IMG/VR virus record: IMGVR_UViG_3300048041_000073
Coordinates: 1 to 50,714 of that record
DNA length: 50,714 bases
Direction: 5' to 3' (one strand)
Source of the DNA: a virus
Taxonomy: Duplodnaviria > Caudoviricetes
Numbering within the stretch: the stretch's first letter is position 1; the number at the start of each line of letters is the position of its first letter. Position numbers and translations under genes: made by a program. The notes under the pieces were generated by a model, which saw only the letters and a program-made list of their open reading frames with translations, was not told the origin of the DNA and did no database searches. Positions 8,894 through 19,405 of this stretch are shown here, piece after piece.

Positions 8894-10330
8894 CTACTTT
8901 CTGTAATAATCTCTGAAAAAGTTATATCTTTCTTCAGCTGTTTTAAGTTCTTTGCCTGTTTTTGGGTCAACCATTCCATGCATTGTCGCATATAACTTGC
9001 GAGCTGCTTCATCAACAACAGGATCAATTGAATGTGTTTGTTGATATCCTTGACGACTTACATATGTTGCCCCGTTACTTGGATATGGTTGAGGTGGATA
9101 TTGAGGGTGTGGTGGGTTTTGTGGTCCACGATTATATTGTGGCGGAGCATATTGCGGTGGTGGTGGTGCTTGATATTGTCCATGTTCATTAACAAGACGA
9201 CCATCATTATTTCTATAGTCAGTTGTTTTTATATAATTAGGATTATAATTTGGCGCATATTCTGGGCCATAATGATCAGGTGCCTCTGTTCTAAAAATAG
9301 CATTTCCATTGGCATTAGGATTGTATGACATTTCAGTCTCCTGTAACGCATATTGCGTATTTTCTGGATAATAATTTTGTTGAGGTGTTGATTTTCGTTT
9401 TCTTTTGGAAAAACGTTCACGCATTGTTGCTTCAACTTCTTCGTAATAATCAGGTGTCCCGATATACGAACTTTCTCCATTTATTTTGAGATCATTATTA
9501 ATTTCTGAACGAATTTCCCAAATTTTTTGTGCTAAATTTTCATCATAATCAGGATGATGTGGGTTACATACAGGTTGACGCTCAAGAAATGTTGAATAAT
9601 GTTCACTATTTAAATCGCGACTATCGGAATATTGTTGAAGTTTTTGAGATAATATTTCTTGATATTCATCTCTAGGATCGGGCATAGGATTCGCATACAT
9701 CTGCTCTTTCAAAGCAATGTTTTGGATATCTCGCTCTATTTCTTTTTTCTCACTAATAAACTCTTGAGAAAGATTTAATGCTTTAATTTCGTTGTCATAA
9801 TCATTGTTATGCTTGGCATTAATAAAAACATCAGTTGCTTTTTGGATATTATCTTCAATAGATCGTTTCTCAAGTTCTAATCTATATTTTTCCGCAATAA
9901 GATTGTTTTCGATTTCTTTTTGTTCGAGAGCCTCTCGCATCATCGCTTCTTTAGCAGCAAAGACTTTTTCTTGCCTTTCTTTTTCGGCTGATTGTCTTAT
10001 TGCATAAGCATTAGAATGTTGCTTTGCTTTTCGTTTGCGGCGTTGATGATCATTTGATGAACGTTGATCATCATTATGAATTTCACTTTCTATTTCATAA
10101 TTTTGTTGATTGTTATCATTAATATTATATTGTGGATTTTCAAAATTATCCTGAATCTGCGCACGTTCGTCTTGACTTTGCGCATTTACTTCATTGATTA
10201 CATCAACCAAACCTGTTTTTTGTGATAATTCCATTAAAGGATCAACATACGCGGATGTATGATTATCAGTTTTGGTATCGATAACAAAAGTAGATATATT
10301 ATCGGTCATCGGATTTACAAAATTATCCAT
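8894..10330 (-). CDS. Putative capsid scaffolding protein
   Basis: Acidic coiled-coil 478 aa protein with Pro/Gln/Tyr-rich tail, between portal/GroES and MCP. Confidence 0.55.
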   Translation of the reverse strand: MDNFVNPMTDNISTFVIDTKTDNHTSAYVDPLMELSQKTGLVDVINEVNAQSQDERAQIQDNFENPQYNINDNNQQNYEIESEIHNDDQRSSNDHQRRKRKAKQHSNAYAIRQSAEKERQEKVFAAKEAMMREALEQKEIENNLIAEKYRLELEKRSIEDNIQKATDVFINAKHNNDYDNEIKALNLSQEFISEKKEIERDIQNIALKEQMYANPMPDPRDEYQEILSQKLQQYSDSRDLNSEHYSTFLERQPVCNPHHPDYDENLAQKIWEIRSEINNDLKINGESSYIGTPDYYEEVEATMRERFSKRKRKSTPQQNYYPENTQYALQETEMSYNPNANGNAIFRTEAPDHYGPEYAPNYNPNYIKTTDYRNNDGRLVNEHGQYQAPPPPQYAPPQYNRGPQNPPHPQYPPQPYPSNGATYVSRQGYQQTHSIDPVVDEAARKLYATMHGMVDPKTGKELKTAEERYNFFRDYYRK

Positions 10331-10341
10331 ATGGCCCTCCT

Positions 10342-10953
10342 TTATGCATCACGTAAGTCTCTTTCGAGTTCCAGTGTAGTTACAAGTGTATCGGGATTAT
10401 CATCTGCCATGATGAAACGGTCATCATGAACAGAAGCGAGCATAATACCTGTTTTTTCAGCTTTCTGACGTTCAACACCTCTAAATACTGCCCATTCACC
10501 ATAAGTAAAACGTGGACCAGCAGGGAATCTCGCTTTATCAGTAAAACATTCTTTACCCATTCGCAAAATCTTGCCAATCATGCAACGTTGCATAATATCA
10601 CGTACTTTCTGAGGTGTATTATAGAAACCGTTCGACATCTTTTCACCTGGATGCCATAACTTAATCAAAATCTGATAACCTCTTACAAAGGTTTCATCGA
10701 TTCCAACATTTTCCATAACAAGATCATGTACTTCGTTTGGTGTCCATAACCATGGATTTACCCATTCACGTCCCGAATCATCTGGCGCATATCTAACTTT
10801 TTCCATTAGATAATCAAATACCTCGTCATCGGTCATAACCCCCTTTTTCTGAGCTTCAAATAATTGAAGATACTCAGAAATCGGGAGAATTTTCCGACAA
10901 TAAGAATGCAAATTATCTCTAATAAGACGTTCTTTTTGTGGTGTTATTTTCAT
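10342..10953 (-). CDS. groES: GroES-like co-chaperonin with ~90 aa N-terminal extension
   Basis: VRGYQILIK...IGKILRMGKECFTDKARFPAGPRFTYGEWAVF...VHDDRFI matches the phage GroES-like pattern (G.V..MG...Y.D..KFP.GPW...GDWV.F...LNDD). Confidence 0.7.
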   Translation of the reverse strand: MKITPQKERLIRDNLHSYCRKILPISEYLQLFEAQKKGVMTDDEVFDYLMEKVRYAPDDSGREWVNPWLWTPNEVHDLVMENVGIDETFVRGYQILIKLWHPGEKMSNGFYNTPQKVRDIMQRCMIGKILRMGKECFTDKARFPAGPRFTYGEWAVFRGVERQKAEKTGIMLASVHDDRFIMADDNPDTLVTTLELERDLRDA

Positions 10954-10965
10954 ACAGATACACCT

Positions 10966-11304
10966 TTATACAGGGTCTGTAGTGAATACTGATTGTGCAG
11001 GTTCTTCTACGGGTGCAGCATTATCAATTGTAGAATATTGAGAATTTTCTTCCATCATTGTGCGGATAAAAGAAGCTGGGAATGCATCAGCATCTTCATT
11101 CTTTTCAATCCACTTAATAGCAAATTCAATAATATCTAATGAAATATTTATACCATTATTATAAGCTACGTAATTAGAAGTAAGAACTGGATTAGGAGAA
11201 GAATTGTTTATTGCGCAAGATTGAGAAATTACTCTTTTTACAGCATTACATTCAGCAGTTAGATCATTTTTAAGAACTGAAAGAAGATTGACAAGAGATG
11301 ACAT
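10966..11304 (-). CDS. Hypothetical protein (gene preceding phage GroES)
   Basis: 112 aa ORF with GGAG RBS. Confidence 0.6.
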   Translation of the reverse strand: MSSLVNLLSVLKNDLTAECNAVKRVISQSCAINNSSPNPVLTSNYVAYNNGINISLDIIEFAIKWIEKNEDADAFPASFIRTMMEENSQYSTIDNAAPVEEPAQSVFTTDPV

Positions 11305-11420
11305 ATTAACTCCATTTATTTAAATGGTGTTTTATTCTAGTCATCTGTTTTTAACTATATATAGACTTTTGGGACAAAGCAATAGTCGTTGGGACACATA
11401 AAAAATAACATATTTTATAT

Positions 11421-11460
11421 AAAAAAAAGACCAATTAGATTGGTTAAAGTCTAATTGGTC
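11421..11460 (-). terminator. Intrinsic terminator
   Basis: GACCAATTAGA/TCTAATTGGTC 11-bp stem followed by T8 on the minus strand. Confidence 0.75.
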
Positions 11461-11506
11461 AATAATGAAAAGTTACTTTTAGATAACACTCTATATATAA
11501 CAAACT

Positions 11507-11827
11507 TTATGGTGCTGAGCCAGGATATTCTTTACGCCACTTAGCTGCACCACCACATGCTTTATGTAGTCTTTTTTCGGCGTTATCATCTGTTTTGTTT
11601 TTAGACATACGACCTGTGTAACCGACTTCATACGGGCTTAATTCTTTACCCTCATCAACTTCCTTCATTTTACGTTTTGCAAATTCAGGATTATTTGAAT
11701 ACCAATTATGGTCTACTGCTACATGATAAGGTGCACGTGTCATTGTTTCGCGCAACATTCTTGCCTCAGCTTCATCATGGCCATAAATAGTATTTGATTT
11801 ATATTCACGCATAATATGCTCCATCAA
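11507..11827 (-). CDS. Hypothetical, probable internal virion protein
   Basis: ~105 aa ORF (ATG at 11824 likely) carrying a KACGG motif. Confidence 0.55.
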   Translation of the reverse strand: MMEHIMREYKSNTIYGHDEAEARMLRETMTRAPYHVAVDHNWYSNNPEFAKRKMKEVDEGKELSPYEVGYTGRMSKNKTDDNAEKRLHKACGGAAKWRKEYPGSAP

Positions 11828-11870
11828 AAACTGAGTTGTACATAAAATACATACAACTCAATTATATTAG

Positions 11871-12989
11871 TTAATCTTCATCATGATAACGGTCATGCTT
11901 ACGACTACGTTTTTCCATATGTTCACGTCTCATAGCACGGCCACCTTCTTTAAGACCCATTGCAGCCATTCCGATTGGTACACCATACTTTACAGCACCA
12001 GCACCAACTTTAGCAGCAATACCAGGAGCTTGACGCCCTACTTCACGAGCAGCACCCTGAATACCTGAGCCTACAGTACGCGCCGCACCTTCAACGCCAC
12101 GTCCTACGGTACGAGCAGCACCTTTAAGCCAGTTTCCCACAGAATTACCACCACGATGACATTCACGTTCATTGTCCATCATACGACCACCTCTTTTCAT
12201 TGGCTGTAGACGAGACTGTGCCATATTTTCACCAGTATTAATTGCACGACCTGCATTATTATGAGCATAATCAGCAGCTGCATTACCTGCTTTACTGAGT
12301 TGTCCTCTTATATAATTATGTGCCTGTCCCTGAATACCAGTATTCTTAGTTTCTGCACCAAGAGCACTTTGGAAGCCCTGATTTGCACGATTAATCATGC
12401 CAGGAGCTTGAGTTCGTGCATAATTAGCTGCATTTCTAACGCCTCTGGATGCTTCACCTTTAGCATAATTTACAGCTGAAGGAGTTGCCTGTCTAATGGC
12501 ACCGCGCGCCATATTATAACCCTGTCCAGCTAAATTACGTGCACCACGATAAGCTGAACCGACCATATCACCAAAGCCATGCTCTTCTCTATCCATACCA
12601 ACAGAGTCACCATTCTTATGTGATTCACGATTACGCTTAACTTTAGGGGCGCTATCATCTCCTGACATTGGCATCATATGATGACCGCCTTGGGATGGCA
12701 TATTTGAACTACCACGTGATTTAGCGGGCATAATATGGCCGCCCTGAGATGGCATACAACCGCTGTTTACTCTTCCACCGCGTGCATATGCTTGAGGCTG
12801 GCTATCCTCCATATCTTCGGCGTCACCGCCGACCATATCACCGTATGCATGATGTTCACGATGTCCCACATAACCACGGCTATTTGTTCCTGATGGGTAA
12901 GATGCTTTTGCTTCTGTAGGTGAACTGTCTCTTGTCCAACTTCTTACACGACTTAGTGCTTCGTTACTGCCTTCTAATGAATTATCCAT
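11871..12989 (-). CDS. Gly/Ala/Met/Arg-rich, probably disordered internal head protein
   Basis: Repeats RExHxxGxxVG x4, MPSQGGH x2, 11-mer GAARTVG repeats x3 and xxxGG motifs; follows the portal gene. Confidence 0.65.
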   Translation of the reverse strand: MDNSLEGSNEALSRVRSWTRDSSPTEAKASYPSGTNSRGYVGHREHHAYGDMVGGDAEDMEDSQPQAYARGGRVNSGCMPSQGGHIMPAKSRGSSNMPSQGGHHMMPMSGDDSAPKVKRNRESHKNGDSVGMDREEHGFGDMVGSAYRGARNLAGQGYNMARGAIRQATPSAVNYAKGEASRGVRNAANYARTQAPGMINRANQGFQSALGAETKNTGIQGQAHNYIRGQLSKAGNAAADYAHNNAGRAINTGENMAQSRLQPMKRGGRMMDNERECHRGGNSVGNWLKGAARTVGRGVEGAARTVGSGIQGAAREVGRQAPGIAAKVGAGAVKYGVPIGMAAMGLKEGGRAMRREHMEKRSRKHDRYHDED

Positions 12990-13024
12990 TTTTTTCTCTT
13001 TTTTAAATTAATAGGTTAAAATAT

Positions 13025-15661
13025 TTATTGCTCGTCAAAATTTGTATCTTGTACATCTTCCTCCTTGCTTTTTTGTTCATAATCAAGCGTGCTATCATAC
13101 GCTTTGGTTTGAGCATCTAGATCGGCTACATATTTATCGTGCTCTAATCTAGTGTCCTCATCCTGTTTGTTAGACTCATACTTAAGGGTAGAATCGTATG
13201 TTTTTGTTTGCGTATCTAATTGGTTTTTTTGTTCTTGTAATCTCAATTGTTCCATTCGCTCTGCTGATTTTAAGCGTATTTCTTCTTGTTGGAGTTGTAG
13301 CTTTAATTTCTCAAGTTCTAATTGTTCTTGTTTATATGATACTTCCTGAATCCTAATTTGATTCTCTATCTGCAATTGTTCTTTCTCATTTTGCATCTTT
13401 ATTTGCTCAATCTGCATGTCTTGTTGCATCTTTTGCATTTTTAATTCGAGTTCTTGTTTTTTAACTCGCAACTCTTCCATCATAACTTCATTTGGATCAA
13501 TAGGCTTCGGATTCTCCTCTGCTTCTTGCTGTTGTTGTTGTTGAACGGCCTCAGCGGCCAATACAGAAATTTGATTTTGAATATCAGGTGGCAAATCAGA
13601 TGTATCTTCAGGTAGAGTTTTGCCCATAGATGCTTGGATATCTGCCATGTATTGATTGGCTTTATGATCATTTACATGCGATTGAAGAACATTTATAGCT
13701 TCAGAGTTATCAGCTGTTTCATCATCCGTTAACTTTTGAATAAAATCATTATGACCAACAATATGAGATGCATTATCTTGCGTTGCATATACTTGTATCG
13801 CTTCACCACGTAATACACGGGCATTTTCACTTACAAAATCTAATTGTGGTGGTGGAGGTGGATCTTTAGGCTCATCTACGAGCATCTTCTCAAAATCTTT
13901 AATATTTAATGTCTTGAGAATGAATTTATTAACTTCACGCATATTATATTGATCAGGAGCTTGGGTTGCTAATGATAATAATGCCTCACCAATTGCCATT
14001 TGCTTCATAGAAGATGAACAATTTGGGTCAATTGTAGGTTTTATCTGCAAATTAGGCGCGAAATCTTCACGTGTAATATGCTGTTTTGAGCCTGCTACAT
14101 TGAAAGGATAAGGTGAAAATGGTAGCCATTCTGCAAATACATTAAACAATAATTTTAATTCGTTAGAGAATGAATCATATAATCCACGCATAATTGAATC
14201 TTCAAGAATATGCGCACTACTCACAATTGCAGATACAAGTGTTGCCGTTGCATTAACTGGCATAGAATCTGGGGAAAAGTTTACCGCACCAGAAGCATCA
14301 CTCATAGCAGGGCTGATTATATCAGTTAATACTTGGAGTAAAACTTGAGAAGGAGGATTAAAGGGGACAGGCATAAATGAATCGGTAATCTTCTTATCAA
14401 ATGTAGCCACTTGACTAACGGAACCTGGATCAAGCCTAATCTGAGACTTTTCATTCTTTGCTGTCGTACTTTGAAGTAATGCAGGAGCATTAGAAAATTC
14501 ACCTGCACGAATCAATTGTTGCAACAAACCTGTTTCAGTACGCGCTAATCCTAAAATTAAATGTGCAAGTCCAAACCCTGTAGGTCCTGGGCCTGTAAAA
14601 TACTTATATTGGACTAATTTTTGAATTGGGAGATATAAAGGGTCATTTTCATTATAATTTCGCCATATTCCGACAATATTACTCGATTCTTTATCTTTAA
14701 TAACCATATAGGGTAAAAGTGTCCCTGTAGGTGTCCCATTGGCTCGCATATGTTCGAAACCTTGGACATTTAAATAACAATAACATTCATCAAAACAATG
14801 CGTTTTGTTTTTTTCATCAGCTTGCGCCGATACTCCAACGGTATTATCTATCTTCTTTTGTACAGAATTTTGATTAATATCATATTCTTGCAAAAAGACA
14901 TCTTTCCATTCACGTGTTTTAAACTTATTTCGTACATTACGTTCGGATAATGTATAACGATGTGTTACACGTTCTGCATCTAATACACTTGATGCGCCAG
15001 GATTAATAATAATTTCATCTGATCTGATATAAGCTGCTGTAGGACGATTTTTTGATACATCTAAACAAACCTTACTAAAAACTTGTCCGCATAAAACCAT
15101 CCAAAAAAGTGCTTGTTTCTTATCCTCAATATAACCAGACATAACGGAGGAAAGCATATAATTAGCAAAATCTTTCATACGAAAGGCTTGATCTTGTACT
15201 TTTTGCGTAACCTGACCAAATGTTTCACAATCGACAACACCACCAGCAGGAAATAAATTCCCATGAAGTTTTGATGTGTTAGAAATTACTAATTTTAAAA
15301 AGGTAGGACCAAAAACATCAGCTGCTGTAGTATTCGTACCACCTGAGCCTTTATTTAATCCTATTCCCATATATTCTATGGCTGTTTTTTCGATTGAAAG
15401 TGATTTTTGCCTTGCGTCATCATCAGATGCGATAGCATCAGTAAGATAACTTCCAATACGCTTTAATTCGCCTTCACTTAAACTATGTGCCAAGTTTTCA
15501 TAAAAACGTGGGTCTCTATTAGGGTTCATATAAGGATTATTTGTAATCACTGGATCACCATACATACTAGCATAGCCAGCCTGTTCATTCCCTGGAAAGG
15601 GTGTATTCTGTGAGGCATTCATTGCTTCATTATTATATGGAGATGTTTTGACCCGAAACAT
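13025..15661 (-). CDS. Portal protein
   Basis: 878 aa directly after TerL; AERVTHR, VQYKYFTGPG.TGFGLAHLI, PVNAT, QDNASHI motifs; long C-terminal coiled coil (barrel-like). Confidence 0.85.
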   Translation of the reverse strand: MFRVKTSPYNNEAMNASQNTPFPGNEQAGYASMYGDPVITNNPYMNPNRDPRFYENLAHSLSEGELKRIGSYLTDAIASDDDARQKSLSIEKTAIEYMGIGLNKGSGGTNTTAADVFGPTFLKLVISNTSKLHGNLFPAGGVVDCETFGQVTQKVQDQAFRMKDFANYMLSSVMSGYIEDKKQALFWMVLCGQVFSKVCLDVSKNRPTAAYIRSDEIIINPGASSVLDAERVTHRYTLSERNVRNKFKTREWKDVFLQEYDINQNSVQKKIDNTVGVSAQADEKNKTHCFDECYCYLNVQGFEHMRANGTPTGTLLPYMVIKDKESSNIVGIWRNYNENDPLYLPIQKLVQYKYFTGPGPTGFGLAHLILGLARTETGLLQQLIRAGEFSNAPALLQSTTAKNEKSQIRLDPGSVSQVATFDKKITDSFMPVPFNPPSQVLLQVLTDIISPAMSDASGAVNFSPDSMPVNATATLVSAIVSSAHILEDSIMRGLYDSFSNELKLLFNVFAEWLPFSPYPFNVAGSKQHITREDFAPNLQIKPTIDPNCSSSMKQMAIGEALLSLATQAPDQYNMREVNKFILKTLNIKDFEKMLVDEPKDPPPPPQLDFVSENARVLRGEAIQVYATQDNASHIVGHNDFIQKLTDDETADNSEAINVLQSHVNDHKANQYMADIQASMGKTLPEDTSDLPPDIQNQISVLAAEAVQQQQQQEAEENPKPIDPNEVMMEELRVKKQELELKMQKMQQDMQIEQIKMQNEKEQLQIENQIRIQEVSYKQEQLELEKLKLQLQQEEIRLKSAERMEQLRLQEQKNQLDTQTKTYDSTLKYESNKQDEDTRLEHDKYVADLDAQTKAYDSTLDYEQKSKEEDVQDTNFDEQ

Positions 15662-15747
15662 AGTCTACCTAAGGTAGTGTTCCATTCTTAGTCATTTACT
15701 ATATATAAAGTATTTAGAAAGAATTTGCTATTTTATTTTATCTAATC

Positions 15748-17439
15748 TTATATACTACGTGGCTCTTCATAAAGAATTTCTCTATTAGAAAAATCAATAG
15801 GGATAGCATCGGGGTTTTCACCTGGATAATGAATAATACCACGCATACTTAACCAAATAAACGCTTGTGCCATAGAATCGACTAAATCTTGTCCTTTACC
15901 TCGTGGGCATCTTAAACATGCTTCTACAAATTCATCACCATAACTATATCTACGCGTAAATTCACTTTCAGGAGCCAGAGGAATCCATACAATACCTGAT
16001 TCAATAATCATACTCGCAAACTTTGTGCGTGCTAATTTCCGTGTAGGACTGTCACCAGCACCATCTTTAAAACCATGGGTTCTTGGATTAAAGCCAATAA
16101 CATTAGTTATTCCACCTAACTTTAAATCTTGAATTAAAGGCACACCATTCATTGCTTCCTCAATTAAGATAAGCGTAGGTTTAGGACCTTGCCTTAACGG
16201 CCTATCTGGATCATCCGTATAATAATTATGAGCACAATTAACCATCATACGTCGTAAACCTGGGTTTTCTAATTTACCTGACCAAGAATTTAATAAAATA
16301 AGATTAGGATTATTATTTTCATCTGTGAATACGCCCCAATTTGTAACGGCTGAATCGCACGCTTCTTCCTTTATACTTAATGCAGTATCCCAACTTTGGA
16401 TAACATATTCACACTTTGGCATACCCCTTTGTTTCCACCATCTAAACCAATCTTCTTTAATTAAGTTACCACCAGAAGGTGTTGGGTCTTGTTGCATTTG
16501 AGCCGAGATATTAATGGCAGTTCCATAGATAGATTTTCTACGTCTAGTTTCATTTTCTCCATACATATTAGGCCAGATTAACTCGCCTTTTTCTTTTCTT
16601 GGATCACTCCAAACTTTCTTTGTTCCAGGCAATACAATTGTACGACAATGTCGTTTAGGGTCGTACTCCCAAGGAAGCATTAAATGAATAATAGAAGGGT
16701 CGTTTTTAGCCAAGAAATGGCCTGTAGCATCGAATTGATGCAGTCTTTGTTGAATAATAATTAAAGCACCACGACGAGATTCTGAGATTCTATCAATACG
16801 AATACCAACCGTAGCATCTAATACTAGATTTACATATTCACGTTGGGTAGCGTACATCACGTCATTTTGTGCATTAACATCATCCGCCATGATAAAGTTT
16901 GCGCCTTCACCCATAGAAGAACTATGGATAGATTTAATAAACTTTTCACCGCCAGCCGTATTACCGTATCGTTCCTTACGACTTAACTCACGTAGTAATT
17001 GTACCTTATGACCCCATAGTCTTTGATACCATTCCGATTGAATTAATTGTTTACACTTTAAAGCGTCACGTTCAGAAAGATCACCGCTACTCGAAATGTT
17101 TAAAAACTTAAGATGTGGCTCACGTGCCCATACCCAAGCAGGAAAGAATATATTGCATATGGTTGATTTCATGCAACGAGATGGAATGTTAATAAGAAGA
17201 GTCTCTATATATCCATGATAAGCAGCTTCAAGATGTTCTGAAATAACCTTAATGTGCCAGCCATCGACATATTGAAAACCTGGATGCACATATCTCCATG
17301 CAGCTTTGCAAAAATCATATAGACTGTTTTCAAGACTTTCTCGTAATTCTATTTCTTGAGGAGTTAAAGCATTAATATTGGCTGCAAACATCAATTGCAA
17401 CCCTTGCGTTTGTTTTAATCTTAACTTAGATACTGCCAT
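15748..17439 (-). CDS. terL: Terminase large subunit
   Basis: LLINIPSRCMKS (Walker A-like), GANFIMADD (Walker B), QQRLHQFD coupling motif, nuclease motifs IQSWDTA and DLVDSMAQA. Confidence 0.93.
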   Translation of the reverse strand: MAVSKLRLKQTQGLQLMFAANINALTPQEIELRESLENSLYDFCKAAWRYVHPGFQYVDGWHIKVISEHLEAAYHGYIETLLINIPSRCMKSTICNIFFPAWVWAREPHLKFLNISSSGDLSERDALKCKQLIQSEWYQRLWGHKVQLLRELSRKERYGNTAGGEKFIKSIHSSSMGEGANFIMADDVNAQNDVMYATQREYVNLVLDATVGIRIDRISESRRGALIIIQQRLHQFDATGHFLAKNDPSIIHLMLPWEYDPKRHCRTIVLPGTKKVWSDPRKEKGELIWPNMYGENETRRRKSIYGTAINISAQMQQDPTPSGGNLIKEDWFRWWKQRGMPKCEYVIQSWDTALSIKEEACDSAVTNWGVFTDENNNPNLILLNSWSGKLENPGLRRMMVNCAHNYYTDDPDRPLRQGPKPTLILIEEAMNGVPLIQDLKLGGITNVIGFNPRTHGFKDGAGDSPTRKLARTKFASMIIESGIVWIPLAPESEFTRRYSYGDEFVEACLRCPRGKGQDLVDSMAQAFIWLSMRGIIHYPGENPDAIPIDFSNREILYEEPRSI

Positions 17440-17458
17440 GATATGTCCTGTTGAATAA

Positions 17459-17532
17459 TGGATCGGAAAACTGGAGTCGAACCAATATTCACGCCTTCAA
17501 AGGGCGATGTCCTGCCTTTAGACGATTTCCGA
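17459..17532 (-). tRNA. tRNA-Gln(UUG)
   Basis: TCGGAAA/TTTCCGA acceptor stem, anticodon loop CT-TTG-AA, T-loop GGTTCGACTCC, encoded CCA. Confidence 0.88.
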
Positions 17533-17539
17533 AAATTAT

Positions 17540-18010
17540 TTATTTTCCATATGGATTCCATAGTTTATGTTTTTCACATAAAATTTGGATCGCAGATTTT
17601 GCGTCACAATGATTTTCATCCATGATTAATTGAATAAAATTCTTTAATGCTTTTTCGCTTTTATCATCAAAAATGAAACTATTTTTAATATAAGCATTTC
17701 TAGAAGTAGGACAATGAAATAATTTTACTACTTTTTTATTTTCAACATATGCCACATATTCATGCCATCTACCTTGATCATCGTGGGCATAAAACTTGAA
17801 TTTTATAGGAAATTTATAATTTTCTTCTAAATCACAATATTCACCATCATTAAATTTTACTTCTAGACTACCATCTTTATGAATAAAGAAATCACTTGCA
17901 GTCCCATCATCATATGTACATGTATGCATATCTTTTGTTTGGAATTTATCTGTATAAATAAAACCATCAGGTAAATCCATCTCACAATACACAAAATCAA
18001 AACTTGCCAT
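17540..18010 (-). CDS. Hypothetical protein, paralog of 18010-18489
   Basis: Shares YCEMDLPDGF..FQ.KDM.TCTY..GT.SDFFIHKD.S.E.KFN...CDLEENYK. Confidence 0.75.
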   Translation of the reverse strand: MASFDFVYCEMDLPDGFIYTDKFQTKDMHTCTYDDGTASDFFIHKDGSLEVKFNDGEYCDLEENYKFPIKFKFYAHDDQGRWHEYVAYVENKKVVKLFHCPTSRNAYIKNSFIFDDKSEKALKNFIQLIMDENHCDAKSAIQILCEKHKLWNPYGK

Positions 18011-18489
18011 TAGATTTCCTCATCCCAAAACGTAAAAACTCTAGCATTCTCTGCCATAATTTGGATAGCTTCTTTGCAACTTAGACGATGATCATCCATT
18101 TTAGCCTGGATAATACGTCTTATAAAAAACATTTCATCTTTTGAAAATTTATAGGAAGTTTCATAAGAACAATCAGATGTTATACATGATACAAGTTTTA
18201 CAACTTTTTCTCCATCCGTATACGCTGAGTATTCATGAAATTCACCCGCACGATCATCTGCGTGAGCATAAAAATTAAATTTAGATGGTAATTTATAATT
18301 TTCTTCTAAATCACAATTTTCATTATGATTAAATTTTATTTCTACACTACAATCTTTATGGATAAAGAAATCACTAAGGGTACCACCATTATATGTACAT
18401 GTTTCCATATCCTTTGATTGGAATGCATGTGCGTAAACAAACCCATCAGGTAAATCCATCTCACAATATATATTGTCATACATTCCCAT
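18010..18489 (-). CDS. Hypothetical protein (MGMYD...C...FQSKD type), paralog of 17540-18010
   Basis: Tandem paralogy visible at both DNA and protein level. Confidence 0.75.
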   Translation of the reverse strand: MGMYDNIYCEMDLPDGFVYAHAFQSKDMETCTYNGGTLSDFFIHKDCSVEIKFNHNENCDLEENYKLPSKFNFYAHADDRAGEFHEYSAYTDGEKVVKLVSCITSDCSYETSYKFSKDEMFFIRRIIQAKMDDHRLSCKEAIQIMAENARVFTFWDEEI

Positions 18490-19000
18490 TAGATTCTATT
18501 TCCTTAATTCTACGTTCACATAAATCACGATTTCCAACAATCCATATCCCTTTTGGAGATATCCAGCAATGTTGTAAATAAGTTCCATAACTTACTAAAC
18601 CTTTTTCATCAAATAGACATAAAATAGTATTAATGTATTTTTCATAAAGTAAATATGCTCTGTGTTTTATAGTATCCGATACATAATTCTCTCGAAAAAA
18701 AAGCAAGTCAACCATCGCATTTGTTAGTTTATCTAAAGTATTCTTACCTATATAAGATGAGGACATTTCGAATAACTCTCGAAGAATCATATAGCAATCT
18801 TCGTCATTAAAGTTATTGGTGCCTGTAAACCCTAAAACATGAGACAAAAGCGTATCTGTATTATCGAGGTAAATAGCTCCTTTATCAGGCCTATTTGCCC
18901 TGATTTCATCATCTATATAAGCTAAGTTAAAAGGACAGTTTCTTTCATTATATATATTAGCCCATTTGTTTGTTTCACTTTTTATAATTGTTTTATTCAT
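18476..19000 (-). CDS. Hypothetical protein (possible winged-helix C-terminus)
   Basis: Start MNKTIIK at 19000 preferred; C-terminal FDEKGLVSYGTYLQHCWISPKG. Confidence 0.6.
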   Translation of the reverse strand: MNKTIIKSETNKWANIYNERNCPFNLAYIDDEIRANRPDKGAIYLDNTDTLLSHVLGFTGTNNFNDEDCYMILRELFEMSSSYIGKNTLDKLTNAMVDLLFFRENYVSDTIKHRAYLLYEKYINTILCLFDEKGLVSYGTYLQHCWISPKGIWIVGNRDLCERRIKEIESNGNV

Positions 19001-19265
19001 CACCACAATAGTCTTTCCATTTTTTATAAACTTCCTCTGTAACATCTATCGAATCTTCGGAATAATCATCTGGTAACATAATATCAGACTCCAATGTCCA
19101 ATTTTGGTCAAGATAATTTTCCCTATCTGTCATTTGCATAAAAACAAGCATATGAGGGAAAGGATTATCTTTTTTACATAGATGATAACTCCTATCTCCA
19201 AAATCATTTGGAGGTTCAAAAAACTTATCTTCTATTCTATTGTATGCAAAATAATGTATTCCCAT
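18993..19265 (-). CDS. Hypothetical protein
   Basis: 90 aa ORF coupled to its neighbours. Confidence 0.6.
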   Translation of the reverse strand: MGIHYFAYNRIEDKFFEPPNDFGDRSYHLCKKDNPFPHMLVFMQMTDRENYLDQNWTLESDIMLPDDYSEDSIDVTEEVYKKWKDYCGDE

Positions 19266-19267
19266 TA

Positions 19268-19384
19268 TTAATCAAACCTTCTTATATGTTTATTAATTTT
19301 TTCTAATTCTATCGATATAAATACTAATGATAATGTTGACATTACGGCACATGTAGCTAGTACAAATTGTGTAAACATATGCAT
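19268..19384 (-). CDS. Small single-TM protein (38 aa)
   Basis: TAAGGAAA RBS; MHMFTQFVLATCAVMSTLSLVFISIELEKINKHIRRFD; fills the gap. Confidence 0.5.
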   Translation of the reverse strand: MHMFTQFVLATCAVMSTLSLVFISIELEKINKHIRRFD

Positions 19385-19405
19385 TATTCAATTTCCTTAA
19401 TCGGT

